Origin: Harriotta raleighana
Taxonomy: Eukaryota
Assembly (NCBI GenBank): GCA_050575255.1
Contig: JBNZDD010013650.1
Location: 1,206,198 to 1,270,197 of the forward strand
DNA: 64,000 nt
Reading direction: 5' to 3'
The notes under the pieces are model-generated. The model searched no databases, was not told the origin of the DNA, and worked only from the letters and a program-made list of their open reading frames with translations. A program made the translations under genes and the position numbers. This document shows positions 23,101 through 35,134 of this stretch, piece after piece (position 1 is the stretch's first letter; every line of letters starts with the position of its first letter).

Positions 23101-26100
23101 GACCGCGTCTTCGGCTTCCCCCATAACTCTTCCCCCTCTCCGTTCCCCCCCCCCCCCCGCCCACGTCCGGCTCGGGTCCCAACCTGACTCCTGAGTGCTT
23201 TGGGACGTCCTCCCGATGTGAAAGGCGCTATACAAGTAGCGCCTACTGTGTAATTTTGTTGTTGTTGTTGTTGGGCCAGGCCTTCTCCTTGTTCCATGAA
23301 TCCTCCGCTCTACCATCGGCAGCCGTGCTTTCAGCCACTACACCCTGAAACATTGGAACTCCTTCCCTCAACCCTTTTGCTTCACCCCCTCCTTTCCCAT
23401 CTTTAGGTCGCACCTGAAGACCTTTCTCTTCGACCACGGTAATGGTCACCTTCCCCCTCCCCCTGGCTCAGCCTTGGGATCCACCATTGTGAAGCGTTCC
23501 GAGACGCCGCCCGGCCTGAAGGGCGCTATATAAATGCAAGTTGTTGTTGAGTTGTTCATGCATTAGTGGATGTGACTGATATTTTCAGATGTGTAATATT
23601 CTTCTGCAAACAATAACAGTGGAGATTGTGAAAGTAATATGTGTTTTTGGTAAAAAGTTTTTCCTCACAATATACTTAAGCTAATGATAACTGGATGATG
23701 GGTGACTTTCACTGAATTAACAATACAGTAAAATCCCCTTTATCCGGCACCCATGGGACCTGGCCAATGGCAGTTAAACGGATTTCCAGTTGAATTTTTT
23801 TTTAAAGATTTTTAAAAAAAATCTTTAAAAAAAATCTTTTAATACATACCATATTAATAATTGACTAAATAATAACAGATAATAACAATATTGTATAGAT
23901 ATTTTATTGTAAATGTTGTACACTGTACCATATAAATTCTAGAGTAAATATAATAATAACAGATACTGTAATGGCTACTTTATTATAAATGTTGAACAAT
24001 ACTATACAAATAATAGATTAAATACACTAATAACAGATACTGTAATAACAGAATATTGTATTAGCACTTTATTATTTATACTTCTGCAATGGCAGCCATG
24101 GGAGGAAAACCAAGTGGCAATAGCGCAACTTTTTTTTAAAAAAAGGCAGTATCGTGAATTTAGGCTCGACTAATGGCCAGCCGAGTACCTGCACAGTACT
24201 CGCGTGCGACAATCGATTCATTAAATGCGTCATCACTATGCTGTCTGATAACTTCCGGATTATCGAATCGGGACTCTTTTTTTGAGGTTCCGGTTCAATA
24301 AGGGTTCTGGTTCATCGAGTCACGGATAAACAAGGTTTTACTGTACTTTCGTTGGATGTAATGCCTTTTCACATCTTTAAGTAGAGATTTACTTTGAAAT
24401 GTAGTCACTTTATCGGGGAAACTCACCTCTAATCTGTATATGCAACGTTTTACAATTTAGGGAAATCTCAAAATATAAAACAACTTTTGATGAGGGAGGA
24501 TTATTGGTCAGGATAAACTGGTACAATGCTGGGGGAGTGCTTCATTTTCAATTGTCTAAACCTCGGTTAAGGAGTTAAACCCACAAGTCCGCTTGTTCAG
24601 GTGGATGTTAAATATCCTGTGACTGTGCAAAAGGAGAAAGGAATTTCTCTCTATGCCATGGCAGACAATCCTTGAAAATTGGTCATTCACTTCAACTCTG
24701 TTTGCGGGACATTGCTGTGTGTAAATTGGAAACTATAATTTTAAATATAAACCTATTGAACAAACTGAGGTCTAATGCCTGTAATTGTTATTCAGTCTTC
24801 AAAAAAACTGAAAAGGGTGATTATTGCCAAATGTAATCCTTTGATATACAATACAAAAGGGAATCTGGAGATCACACTTTCAAAACAGAGCCACATTGTA
24901 TGTCTCACAGTAGTTTTACAGGGAATAATAGATGCTTGGGTTACAGACCAACATTGTCATTGGTGTTTGTGAAGTACACAAGTGATGACTGCACTTCTTC
25001 ACCATATATATGTGTGTTTACCCAGCTAAAATGATACACAAGTTACCTGTTCCTAGATAAATATCTGTATTTCTTGGTGTCTGGTACTGACTTCTCCACT
25101 ACTTTATTCATTGTCTGTGTCTTGTTTAAAATTGGATTTCCTGTTTGTGTTCGTTTTGCTGTTAATAATCACATAATTATTGCTGAATTTTGACTTAAAC
25201 CACTTCCACTATACTTATGGGTGATATCAAATTACGGGGATATCAAAAACTTATACAGTGCGGTGCAAATTAGAATGGACAGAAAGTGTACCAGAATGGA
25301 CAAAAAGCGCATAGTCTTGATTTAAGTAACGGTCCAAAGGCTGAAGGACCTGATAGTATTAAGTCATATTTTCTTGTGTAGCCTGTCTAATACCTATGGT
25401 TGAGTTCAGTGGTTATTAGTTCTCTCTCCTACATTTCAGAAACAAATCTCATAAACTCTTCATTATGGTGAATAGTAAAAGCAGATTTAATTTAAATGAA
25501 AACATTTTGTAGTTGGGAATGAAAATATAAATATCAATAGTAATTATATTATCCTTGGAGAGTTGAGATGCAGCTTTAAAGCCTCTGATTCTCTTTTTGC
25601 AGCACTTTACAGAGTAGCATGTAAATCTTTGCTGCTTTCTTTTAAAGATAAACTTGCCTTTTTACAGGTATATGTCACAGGGTAAACATGCTGAAGCTAG
25701 GGATCTTATGTATTCTGGAGCGTTGCTGTTCTTCAGTCACAGCCAGGTAATGATTGTTTTGAAAAATTCCATAATGTCTGAATATTGACTGTTTCAGTTT
25801 TGCACTAACAATTGACTGTGGGTTCTTTTGATTATTGCACGTACGTAAGACTCTTGATTAACATAAGGCCCACTCGCAGCTAAGAAATTGAAATTGTGTG
25901 TTATAGTATATTTATCAATAGTCTGAATAATTTTAGGTGGGTTTAATATGTAGGTAATTAACAAATATAGGAATAGCCAATAGTGTTGGTTGATGCTTCT
26001 CTGTATCCTTTAAATACCAATACTAGGCATTATGTCATGCTTTCTGAAGCCTTCTCCATGGATATCATTTCTTTTTGTATTTTCTGTTGTAGCAAAACAG

Positions 26101-29100
26101 TGCTGCTGATTTATCCATGCTAGTTTTAGAATCATTGGAAAAGTCTGAAGTGAAGGTTACAGATGAACTCTTAGGTATGTATATAGCAATGCTTAATTTT
26201 TTCTTAAGAAACTGTTCTTAAAAATGCATTAATGCTGGTTCCTGGACAGTAATTGAAACCCACCCAATTTGCAAACGTCTTGTGTTTACTCCTCAAAATG
26301 GATTGGTAAATCCAGTGTGGACATGAGCCACAAGCATCAGCAAGGTCTTGAGTTCAATTCCCAGTCCATGTTGTTTTAGCTGGTTCCAAGGTGACAAGCT
26401 TAGCAACAGAATGTCAAACAACAACAACAAAATTACACTTATATAGCGGCTTTCACATTAGGAGGACGTCCCAAGGTGCTGGACAGTCCCTGTGTCAGAC
26501 CCGAGCTGGGGACGGGGTGGGGGGATTAGGAGTTGCCAATGGAACCATCAAAGAGAAGAGTCTTGATGCAGAACTTCAAGGAGACCAGGGAGGGGCTGAC
26601 GCGAAGGGACTGCGGAATGGAGTTCTGGGCAGAGTTCTGGATCATCTGCAGCCTGTGGAGGGAGGAATTGAGAAGGATGACAAGCAGCTCATTTGCATAA
26701 ATGGCATGTAATGACATGAATGAGGGTTTCAGTGGCTTTGGGGGTGAGATAGTGGCAGAGTCGGCCAATAGCGCGGAGATGAGTACAGGCAGAGTGAGTC
26801 ATTGCTTGGTTGTCGGGGAGGAAAGACAGTTGAGGATCGAACAAGACACCTAGGTTCCTGACTGGCTTAGAGAGGTCGAGTGAACAACCATGGAGGTTGA
26901 TGCTGCCAGCGCCTGATACATGAAGCCTGATGTTAAGTAGGGCCTCTGTTTTGTTGACATTCAACCGTAGAAAGTTAGTTCTCATACAGGACTTGATTCA
27001 AGGTCCTCGTCCTCGCCTTCAAGGCCATTCATGGTCTTGACTCCCCCCTCCCCCCCACTCTCTGACCTGCTCTCCCCCTATGAACCTCCCCACCCCCTCC
27101 GTTCAGCGGGCTCCATCCCGCTCCATGTCCCCTGCCCGACCCGCCCTACCATCGGCATATGGGCTTTCAGCCATCTCCTCCCCCACACTCTGGAACTGAA
27201 TCCCACAGTCCCTTTGTGTCGAGTGTTTCAGAGAATTTAATTTCTGGAAATTTAATTATTTTTCAAATGTCAGAATATATTCAATTGCTTTCTGTTATGT
27301 GAATAAAATTCAATAGGTCAGTTTTCCAAATTTGTTGAAATTTGTGTTTCTTCAGAAAGTCTTGGGAAACTCTTTAGTCTAATGGATCCAAACTCTCCTG
27401 AGAGAGCAGCATTTGTTTCCAGAGCATTGAAATGGTCCAGTGGAGGCTCAGCAAAACTTGGCCACCCTAAACTGCATCAGCTACTAGCTATCACGTTGTG
27501 GAAAGGTGAGGCTTTCTAAATTAACTGCATTGGTGACCAAATGTACAAGCTAGTAGAGAAGGGAAATTTTTACCTGCAAGGTCTAAGGTTGCATTCAAAC
27601 CAGATATCCGAAGCGAAAGGACTATGTGCTTAACTCAGCATGCTACCGAGAGTCCTTGAGGTCATCACATTTTAAATCGCTGTCAGCTTAACTTGTTTAA
27701 TTCACTTATAGTTACTCTAAATTTAAATGAACAGATGTGACTGAATTGTTGTTTCTAACATTTTGTTAAAGTGCAGATTGCTTCTCTGAGACTCAAATCT
27801 TTGCCAATCTCATTTTGGTTACCTGGTCGGATAGCATTTGGTCCATGTACAAAAATAACAAAGGCTTTGTTTAGTGAGTGGTTTGAGCAGATTCAGAAGT
27901 TTCTCCTGTCTAGGGGCAGTATAACAAACATGCTTCCAGTCACTTTGCTTATCAGTCTTATGTACAATTCTTATTTTTTGTTTCTCTATATAGAACAAAA
28001 CTATAGTGAGTCTCGATATCACTTCTTGCATTCAGCAGATGGGGAGGGTTGTGCAAATATGTTAGTAGAATACTCTGAGTTTAAAGGCTACCGGAACGAA
28101 GTGGACATGTTTGTGGCTCAGGCTGTCTTACAGTAAGTATTTTCTAACAAGGAAACAAATATTCTTCTTCATAATTAGGACTTTGGCTACTTGTTGATCA
28201 GGAATGATTGGTTCTCTTCTCATTTCTCTTTATGTTGACCCTATATGATTGGATATGATATTGGGATAGGGAGACCAAAACTTAATGTGATGCTTCAATT
28301 ATTATGTTGAGAAATGCTTGATTCATATGCTTGCAGTTTTCAGCTTGCCGGACATTTGTAGATTCATGCTGGGCTGAATGCACCAATCTGATTTTTTTTT
28401 AGCCCTGAACTACATCAATTTATTATTCCAATCTTTATTGTTAAACTAAGTTCTTTGATTCGGATGCAGAATGAGAACAAATGTGAATTTCTAGCTTCTA
28501 ATGTCTATGTCAGCTCTCTTACTTTTTAAATTAATTGTTTTGGTGTTTAAATAACTTTTTTTGACTAAAGAGAAATGGAAATACTTCATGTATATAAATA
28601 AACGCGCGTTGTTGTTTCTCATCTTGCAGTAGTATTGTTGCAAAGACTGTTTTCTCAATGCAATTCTGATTTTCCTTTCCAGATTTCTTTGCTTAAAAAA
28701 TAAAAACACTGCATCACTGGTCTTCACAACTTATACAGAGAAGCACCCCTCAATAGAGAAGGGACCTCCTTTTGTACAACCCTTGTTAAATTTTATTTGG
28801 TTCTTATTACTTGCCGTGGATGGGTAAGTTTTTTTCTATGAACATTTTGCCTGTGAAAAGTAAAAGAAAAAATGTGCCCAGAGTTGTAAGCCTGTTTGCT
28901 TTTGTCACAGGGGAAAACTAACGGTTTTTACAGTGTTATGTGAACAGTATCAACCATCTTTAAAGAGAGATCCAATGTACATTGAGGTGAGTCACTAACT
29001 TTGCATGACCCAGTCGTTTAATCTGTTCCGAGAAAGTTAAATAAACTTTTCAAGTCTGATCTGTAGGAAATCTGAGGAGTTTGACTGGAAACGGGGAAAA

Positions 29101-30386
29101 AAGAGTTACCGACTCTTCAAATCATTTCACGAACCCTGAGCTGGCCGGCAGGATTCATATTAAAAAGACATTTCTAAAACTATCTTGATGCCTTGAATGA
29201 AACATTTAGATGTTTTGATTGACCTAAGCAGAACTGTTAAATTGTTATTTTTTTTTAAAAAAAAATTCTTCCTCTGGCACCAATAATTATATGGAATGTA
29301 ATTTCAACAAAAAATAGGATTTGAGTATTTTTGACAGCATGTTCATCTTGATGAGGAGAATGGTTTTGAACCCTGAACTGTCTTTACAAAATAAACTAAA
29401 AACCAGTGCTCAGAACTGAAGTTTTGTGAATTTCAGTTGCCACTTAGGTTCTTACCATTAAAGCAACAATGCTCAGTGTTAGTCAGCTATGACCCAGAAA
29501 ACACACAAATGTGTAATTTCAGTTTCTTTGAACAAACTTATAAAACTGATATCTCAGAATGCTGAAGGCTTTTAACAGTCTTGCTTATATTTTTTGTTTC
29601 TGATATAATATGTGTGGCGTGTATTACTTTTCAAAAGGGTAGCTGATTGAGTGTGAGGATTTCTGATCAAATCTGCACTTATTACTGATTAGCCATAATT
29701 TATTTAAGGTTTCTTCCAACTTCCTGTTTCAGTACATTCATAGGCTTGTGAATGGTGTTTCCTGATTCTTCCTAATTATGTGTCTTTGATTATTCAAGGA
29801 AGTATGTCCAAAACCTTTAGTGTTTTCTGTTTAAAACCCTGATTGACCAGCTTGACTTTAAGGGACCATTGATTTAGATGGGAATGGTATTTCAGTGCAC
29901 AGATTTACTCTAATCTAATGTTGTTCTAATTGTAGTATCTCGACCGAATAGGGCAGATCTTCTTTGGGGTCTCTCCACAACAAACCTCTTCTTATGGGGG
30001 ATTGTTAGGTAAGTTTCAAATCAGAGATCTTCCAAGTTAAGTGACTCACTTCACTAGTTGTTATTCACTGAATGTAATCCATATCCTCTGGATGGTGACA
30101 CATACTTAGTTGAAGAATATTGCCATGCGCAAATTGCCCGCTATGTTTGCTAACAAAATAGTCACTACATTCTACAGTAAATGCTGTGAAGTGCTTTTGA
30201 GAAGTTTCGGTATCCTAATATGTTAATTGTATATTGATAAAGAAATTGAAGCGTTTAAGGTGACCGCAAAACACTTTTTCCTTTCATGTTGCAGGAAATC
30301 TTTTGAACAGTTTGATGGGTGCTGGAGATGAGGATGAGATCGATGGAGAAGGACCAGAAGATGCCAACCCTATTGATCTTGACTGA
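19648..30386 (+). CDS. GET4: Golgi to ER traffic protein 4 homolog (TRC35, BAG6 complex); complete, 9 exons, 321 aa
   Basis: Exons 19648-19781, 25668-25746, 26093-26174, 27356-27505, 27994-28132, 28683-28823, 28911-28986, 29936-30008, 30295-30386 total 966 nt in one frame. Motifs: [85 protein letters not shown]-terminal NPIDLD*. Confidence 0.97.
20934..21400 (-). mobile_element. L2 LINE 3' fragment
   Basis: AACAACAAAATT...CCTTTCACATCGGGGCGATGTCCCAAGGCACTG tail signature. Confidence 0.75.
21615..23550 (+). mobile_element. L2 LINE cluster; main copy about 21985-23272 spans the RT domain to the 3' tail; decayed
   Basis: RT motifs [27 protein letters not shown] and [10 protein letters not shown] at about 22030-22315; SRLDYGN; [21 protein letters not shown]; tail TTTGGGACGTCCTCCCGATGTGAAAGGCGCTATAC...(TTG)n; stops and frameshifts present; extra fragments at 21615-21965 and 23275-23550. 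Confidence 0.9.
23726..24343. mobile_element. pogo/Tigger-like MITE, same family as 3324-4136, opposite orientation
   Basis: TA|CAGTAAAATCCCCTTTATCCG ... CGGATAAACAAGGTTTTACTG|TA; first about 70 nt match the reverse complement of 4065-4136. Confidence 0.8.
25668..25746 (+). CDS. GET4: GET4 exon 2
   Basis: ttacag|[26 protein letters not shown]|gtaatg. Confidence 0.95.
26093..26174 (+). CDS. GET4: GET4 exon 3
   Basis: tgtag|[27 protein letters not shown]|gtatgt. Confidence 0.95.
26415..27215. mobile_element. Rearranged L2: minus copy 26415-26990 plus inverted fragment 26996-27215
   Basis: [36 protein letters not shown] on minus; [18 protein letters not shown] on plus. Confidence 0.85.
27356..27505 (+). 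CDS. GET4: GET4 exon 4
   Basis: ttcag|[50 protein letters not shown]|gtgagg. Confidence 0.95.
27994..28132 (+). CDS. GET4: GET4 exon 5
   Basis: tatag|[47 protein letters not shown]|gtaagt. Confidence 0.95.
28683..28823 (+). CDS. GET4: GET4 exon 6
   Basis: ttccag|[47 protein letters not shown]|gtaagt. Confidence 0.95.
28911..28986 (+). CDS. GET4: GET4 exon 7
   Basis: cacag|[25 protein letters not shown]|gtgagt. Confidence 0.95.
29936..30008 (+). CDS. GET4: GET4 exon 8
   Basis: tgtag|[24 protein letters not shown]|gtaagt. Confidence 0.95.
30295..30386 (+). CDS. GET4: GET4 exon 9 with stop
   Basis: tgcag|[30 protein letters not shown]. Confidence 0.95.
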
Positions 30387-30943
30387 AAGAAAAGAAAATT
30401 AACTTTCTGATTAAAGGTCTAACAGTGAGATTCCACAAAAGTGTCTAAGGAACGATCTTCCTGCAGAAGAAAAAAAAACACAGCTATACTTTGAGACATT
30501 TTATGTGGCAGTTTCACATCTTAGCATCTGCAAAGGGCTCCTTTCCCTTTCTCCTGAAAAAGGTGCATAGGATGTTTCATTTTACTGTTTATAATGGAAA
30601 TGCTGTATTATTTATGTTCAGTAGAAGCTATATTTCTCAATTTAAAAGAAATGGTTTAGATTCACTGTGTGTTGACTGATGTAGTAACTTGTTTTGTCTT
30701 TCTAGTTTATTTTCCTTATGACCTTTAGATACTTTCTTAGGGGATGCTGAAACACTTGAGTTACAGGAATCAATGCACCTCAGAGTGGCTCTCATTTAAC
30801 ATAACCATTACCAGAATTGGTATTGGAACAAAGGCCTAAGAATGAGCAGTCCCTGATTTAATTTCCTTTTTACTAGTTGGCATAACAGTTGCACACAGTT
30901 CGAAGGATCATGCACAAAAGTGAGCTGAAGTATTTCTGGATAC

Positions 30944-30949
30944 AATAAA
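30944..30949 (+). terminator. Candidate GET4 polyadenylation signal
   Basis: AATAAA about 560 nt after the stop, immediately followed by ATTAAA. Confidence 0.55.
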
Positions 30950-31597
30950 CAATTAAAGAAGAATGTTGTCACCTTTATTAATTTAAGGTGTTTAATTATA
31001 CAGTAATCAATGTGAATTTGCATATACAGCAGTTATCACAAGAATACTGTAAACACTGGAGGGATTGAAGTAAATATTAACTTTTCGGGGTCAGTTTGCA
31101 ACATACATGAAATGAAAATAACTGTTTCAAACAAGCATTGAAATTTCCGAGTAATGGAAGCTGTTACTTGTTCATCAGTGATGCTATAATAATGAGTCAT
31201 ATGGTGGAATACTTTTACTGAAACCAGTATTGGATAGGAGAACTCGGGAGAATATTGTTATCTTACATTACATGTCTGATAATCAGTAAAATTAGGGGAA
31301 TTGTACATTTAACAAACCTGTAAACACATAATTTAATTGTTTTGCATATAGAAAACCCAATACTGTTTAAAAAAAGGTTACCTTCAAAATGTTCATGAAT
31401 GTTTGGTTAAAAGGCAAAGCGTAACATGCCTCTTTTGCTTCCCAGCACAGGTTGATGTGTGTTCCTCCTCCTTTTTAATTACAGTATTTCGGTTTGGTGA
31501 AAAAATGAGTCGTCCCTACATTCGAGATGCTGCGTTTGGTAGCTTGCTTTGAGTTGGAATGTTTGTGATTTATAAAATGGTAATTCTTAATTCAAAG

Positions 31598-32295
31598 TCA
31601 TGGAACGTGTTGTTGCCAATCAACTCCACGCCCTCCTCTCCTCCCACTCCCTTTTCGAAGCCCTCCAGCCCGGTTTCCGCCCTGCCCACAGGACAGAGCC
31701 TACGCTTGTGAAAGTCACAATTTACATCCTCTCTTGTCTCCTTGCCCTCCTGGACCTCTCTGCCACTTTCGACACATTCGATCAGGCCTTCCTCCTCCAT
31801 TTTCTGATCTCTCCCATTCACCTTAGTGGGACTGCACCTGCCTAGTTTGAATCCTACCTCACAAACCACCGTCAGTACATCTCCACAAACGGCTTTTCCT
31901 CCCGCTCTCACCCAGTTACCTGTGGGGTACCCCCAGGATCCATCCTTGGCCCCCTCCTCTTCCTAATCTATATGCTTCCTCTTGGTGATGTCATCCGCAG
32001 ATATGGGGTGCACTTCCACATGGATGTGGATGACACACAACTCTTTTTCCACCTCACTTTGCGATCCTTGCAGTTTCCTTACTCCACACGCCTGATAATA
32101 ATTCCTCCAAAAAGATAATAAATTGATCATTTCAATCCACCCCAGTTTGTGGGACACTACTATGATCAATTGGCTGCTGAGTTATGGCCACAAATATACA
32201 GTAAATTCACTTTACAGGAAATATGTTAAATGATTTGAGACTTCTAGAAGATGTGAAAAGCACTACAGCATATCAAAATGGAAGGATTATTATTA
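31598..32295 (+). mobile_element. L2 RT-domain fragment (31598-32050) followed by a SINE 3' part
   Basis: [61 protein letters not shown]; then CAGTTTCCTTACTCCACACGCCTGATAATA SINE body. Confidence 0.85.
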
Positions 32296-32584
32296 TTACT
32301 TTAATATTGCTGGACTGCAGGAATTATAATGTGGCACTTTTTTGTCCTGAGTTTATAAGTGGGATTTTCACCTGACTAATTATAGTTTCCAGAGGTAGAA
32401 TAAAACAGTCTTATAGGTAGAATAAAACTACAGTGCAGAATGAACATTCTATTCTACTATGTAATTAATTTGCATGAAAGTAACTATTAAGTTTCTTCAC
32501 CACCCTTTTTGTACTCAATCGTTATAGTAGCCATGGTTGTTCTGCAAAAAAAAGGAGGGTGCTACAATTTTCACTTCCATACAT

Positions 32585-32805
32585 CAACAACAAAAAAATT
32601 ACATTTGTAGAGCGACTTTCACATTGGGAGGACTCCCCAAGGCGCTGAATGGTCGCGCCAGGAATTGAGCATTGGGGAGGTGGGGGGGCAAGGTTGGGAT
32701 AAGGGAGGGCAGAGAAGTAGGAGGGCTACTGAAGGCACAGTCGAAGAGGAGGGTCTTGAAGGAGGCAAAGGAGGGAGTAAGGTGAAGGGATTGTGGGATG
32801 GAGGG
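32585..32805 (-). mobile_element. L2 LINE 3' end
   Basis: SIPQSLHLTPSFASFKTLLFD and the shared tail signature. Confidence 0.75.
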
Positions 32806-35134
32806 CCTTAAAAATGAATAGAAGATGCAAATATTAGCCAAGTTTTGGTTTCTACATGTGATTCATCAGTGAGACAAGCAGGGGAACTACAGGGAACAGT
32901 GGCAGAGAGCGATTCATCAGGTCCTAGGAAAGGATCACCAAAACCCTTTTAAATGATAGGAGACGAATGAAACGGGGATCCTCTCCACGACCATCGCTTT
33001 TGCAGTGCGATTGTTTAATATTTGTCGCTTGGGATTGCAAACAGAATTAAATGTGTGAAGAGCTATTATGCTACAACCAGCAGTGCAGGTTAACAATCCA
33101 TCTGTCCCTCATCAGCCCAAAGTATTGATCCCCAATATTCCTCCTCCCAACAACTCCGACTTTCAAACCCATGAGCAGCTAAATCCCAAACGGAAGATGG
33201 CATTAGCTGCCGCGGTGAATCACACTGCCATGGGACAATATTTTAGAACGTGATTGTACGCGTTTGGGATTTGAGGCGCATGATTGCACTCCAAGCCCTC
33301 TTCCACTCTGTGCCCAGTAAACAGTAGAGGGTACCCACCTCCTGGAAAGGGACAAGGAGAGGAAGTCAGATGCACAGGAAAAGGAAATAATTGAAGGAAA
33401 ACTGGGCATTATGCCTACAGACACTGGTCAAGGTGACCACCCCTCTGGAGAAGCTCCATGGAATAATCTTAGTAATGAAAATCATTGGTAAAGACAGGAG
33501 ATTGGAGGCTGTGTTGAAAGTTCCAATAGATCACATCATCCACAAAATGGGAAGCCAGATAGGGAGTGGGAGCTTCCCAGTTCTCTCCCTCCCCTTCCCC
33601 ACACCCAGCTTGCCCTTGCTTGAGTCCCAGCCTCTGACGTCCTCCTGACATCAAAGGCGTTCTATAAATGTAATTTTGTTGTTTTAGTGTTCCACCTATA
33701 AGCCTCCAGCAGGAGTTCACTTATTGGCTAATCTGAAGGCACTCAAACTGCTTGATACTTGTGAGTAGTCAAAAAAAATGTCAAAATGCTGTTCTCTCAA
33801 ATAAAGAGATTCACAGAAGTTGAGCGGATGGGTTAAGTGAAACAAAAAACAGCAAAAGAAGGAAAATCATGCAGCAACTTTAAAAATCACTGACTATTCA
33901 CTGACGGCAGCCATTGACCATGAGCAGTTTAAATTCACTAACTGCTGGCACTCTCGTTTGTATAAAACAAAAGGACATTGGTTCTTATTAACCAGGATAG
34001 GCTGCTCAGAGAGAATTAACCCTTTGGTTTCCACATTAAGTGAAACTGTTTTTGCAGCTAATCACTTCCAAGCTACAATTGCATTCCTGGTAAAGCTAAT
34101 AAACCTGTGCAAAAGGCTACTGCAGACCAACTGAATGTGTTTAAAAAACAGGAGAAATTCATATTGTGATTTAGTTCCTTCAAATACTGGCAAGAATGGC
34201 TTTTTGCATATTGTGGAGGTCGCCTCTCATGCAGCGACTTCATCTGGGACAATTTATACATTCCGCTCCAATCCGCCCACAAAGCCGGTCTACACATTCA
34301 TTTTTAGCTTGAATGTCCCAAGGGCGAGATGAGTGGACAAGTACAACCCAGTCAAATATCTACTTCATAACAGTGGCCAATACCTGCACAGAAGACAGGG
34401 GCTACATTGGCAACCACACCTGTTTTGTTTGCATCGGATGTGAGGTGACAGAGTAGATAGGTAGAATAATACTACCGTGACAGTTCAGGAAGAAATGTCA
34501 GTATTCTCTAATATTTTCTGTAACATTTAGTTTATCTGTTCCAGTATTTCATTTATGCTCAAAATTTGTAAGTACAGATAGAATGAACACCCACTGAAAT
34601 GATATTTTTAAATTCTGTGGCCATACTGTTTATGTTAATCATGATATTATTTATAATGATGTGTAATAAGATACTAATATTAATTGAAAGGATTGATGTG
34701 GTGACTGAGGTAACGGAATTGTGAAGATTCTGATCATGATAGCGGGTATAACTGTCAGCCAGACCCACTCGGGGTAGGGACTGGACATTTTACGATCACA
34801 GACTTGTGGTTTATTAAGACTATAGAATATTGTAAAGACTCATGGACTTGTTTTGGGTCAGTGCATTTACTGCCAAGAACAAAAGGGAATGTACCAACCT
34901 TGAAGGATATGCTTTTAACCCTACAATGATTGGTAAAAATAAGCTATTGAATTTCTCACTGCCGACTTGGTGTATGTAACTAAAAGGTCTAAGTTTAGGA
35001 ACAAAGAGGATAAGTCTAATCTTGAGAGATATTCTACAATCAACAATCACCAAACCAAGTTAACAAGTCGATTCCTGATCACGGCAGCTGTATCAATCTG
35101 AATAACTCATTGCACTGAACTTTATTCACTTGGT

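Noticed and set aside
22437-23449. Several overlapping 100-220 aa ORFs on both strands
   Set aside because: Frameshifted L2 ORF2 remnants and their antisense shadows
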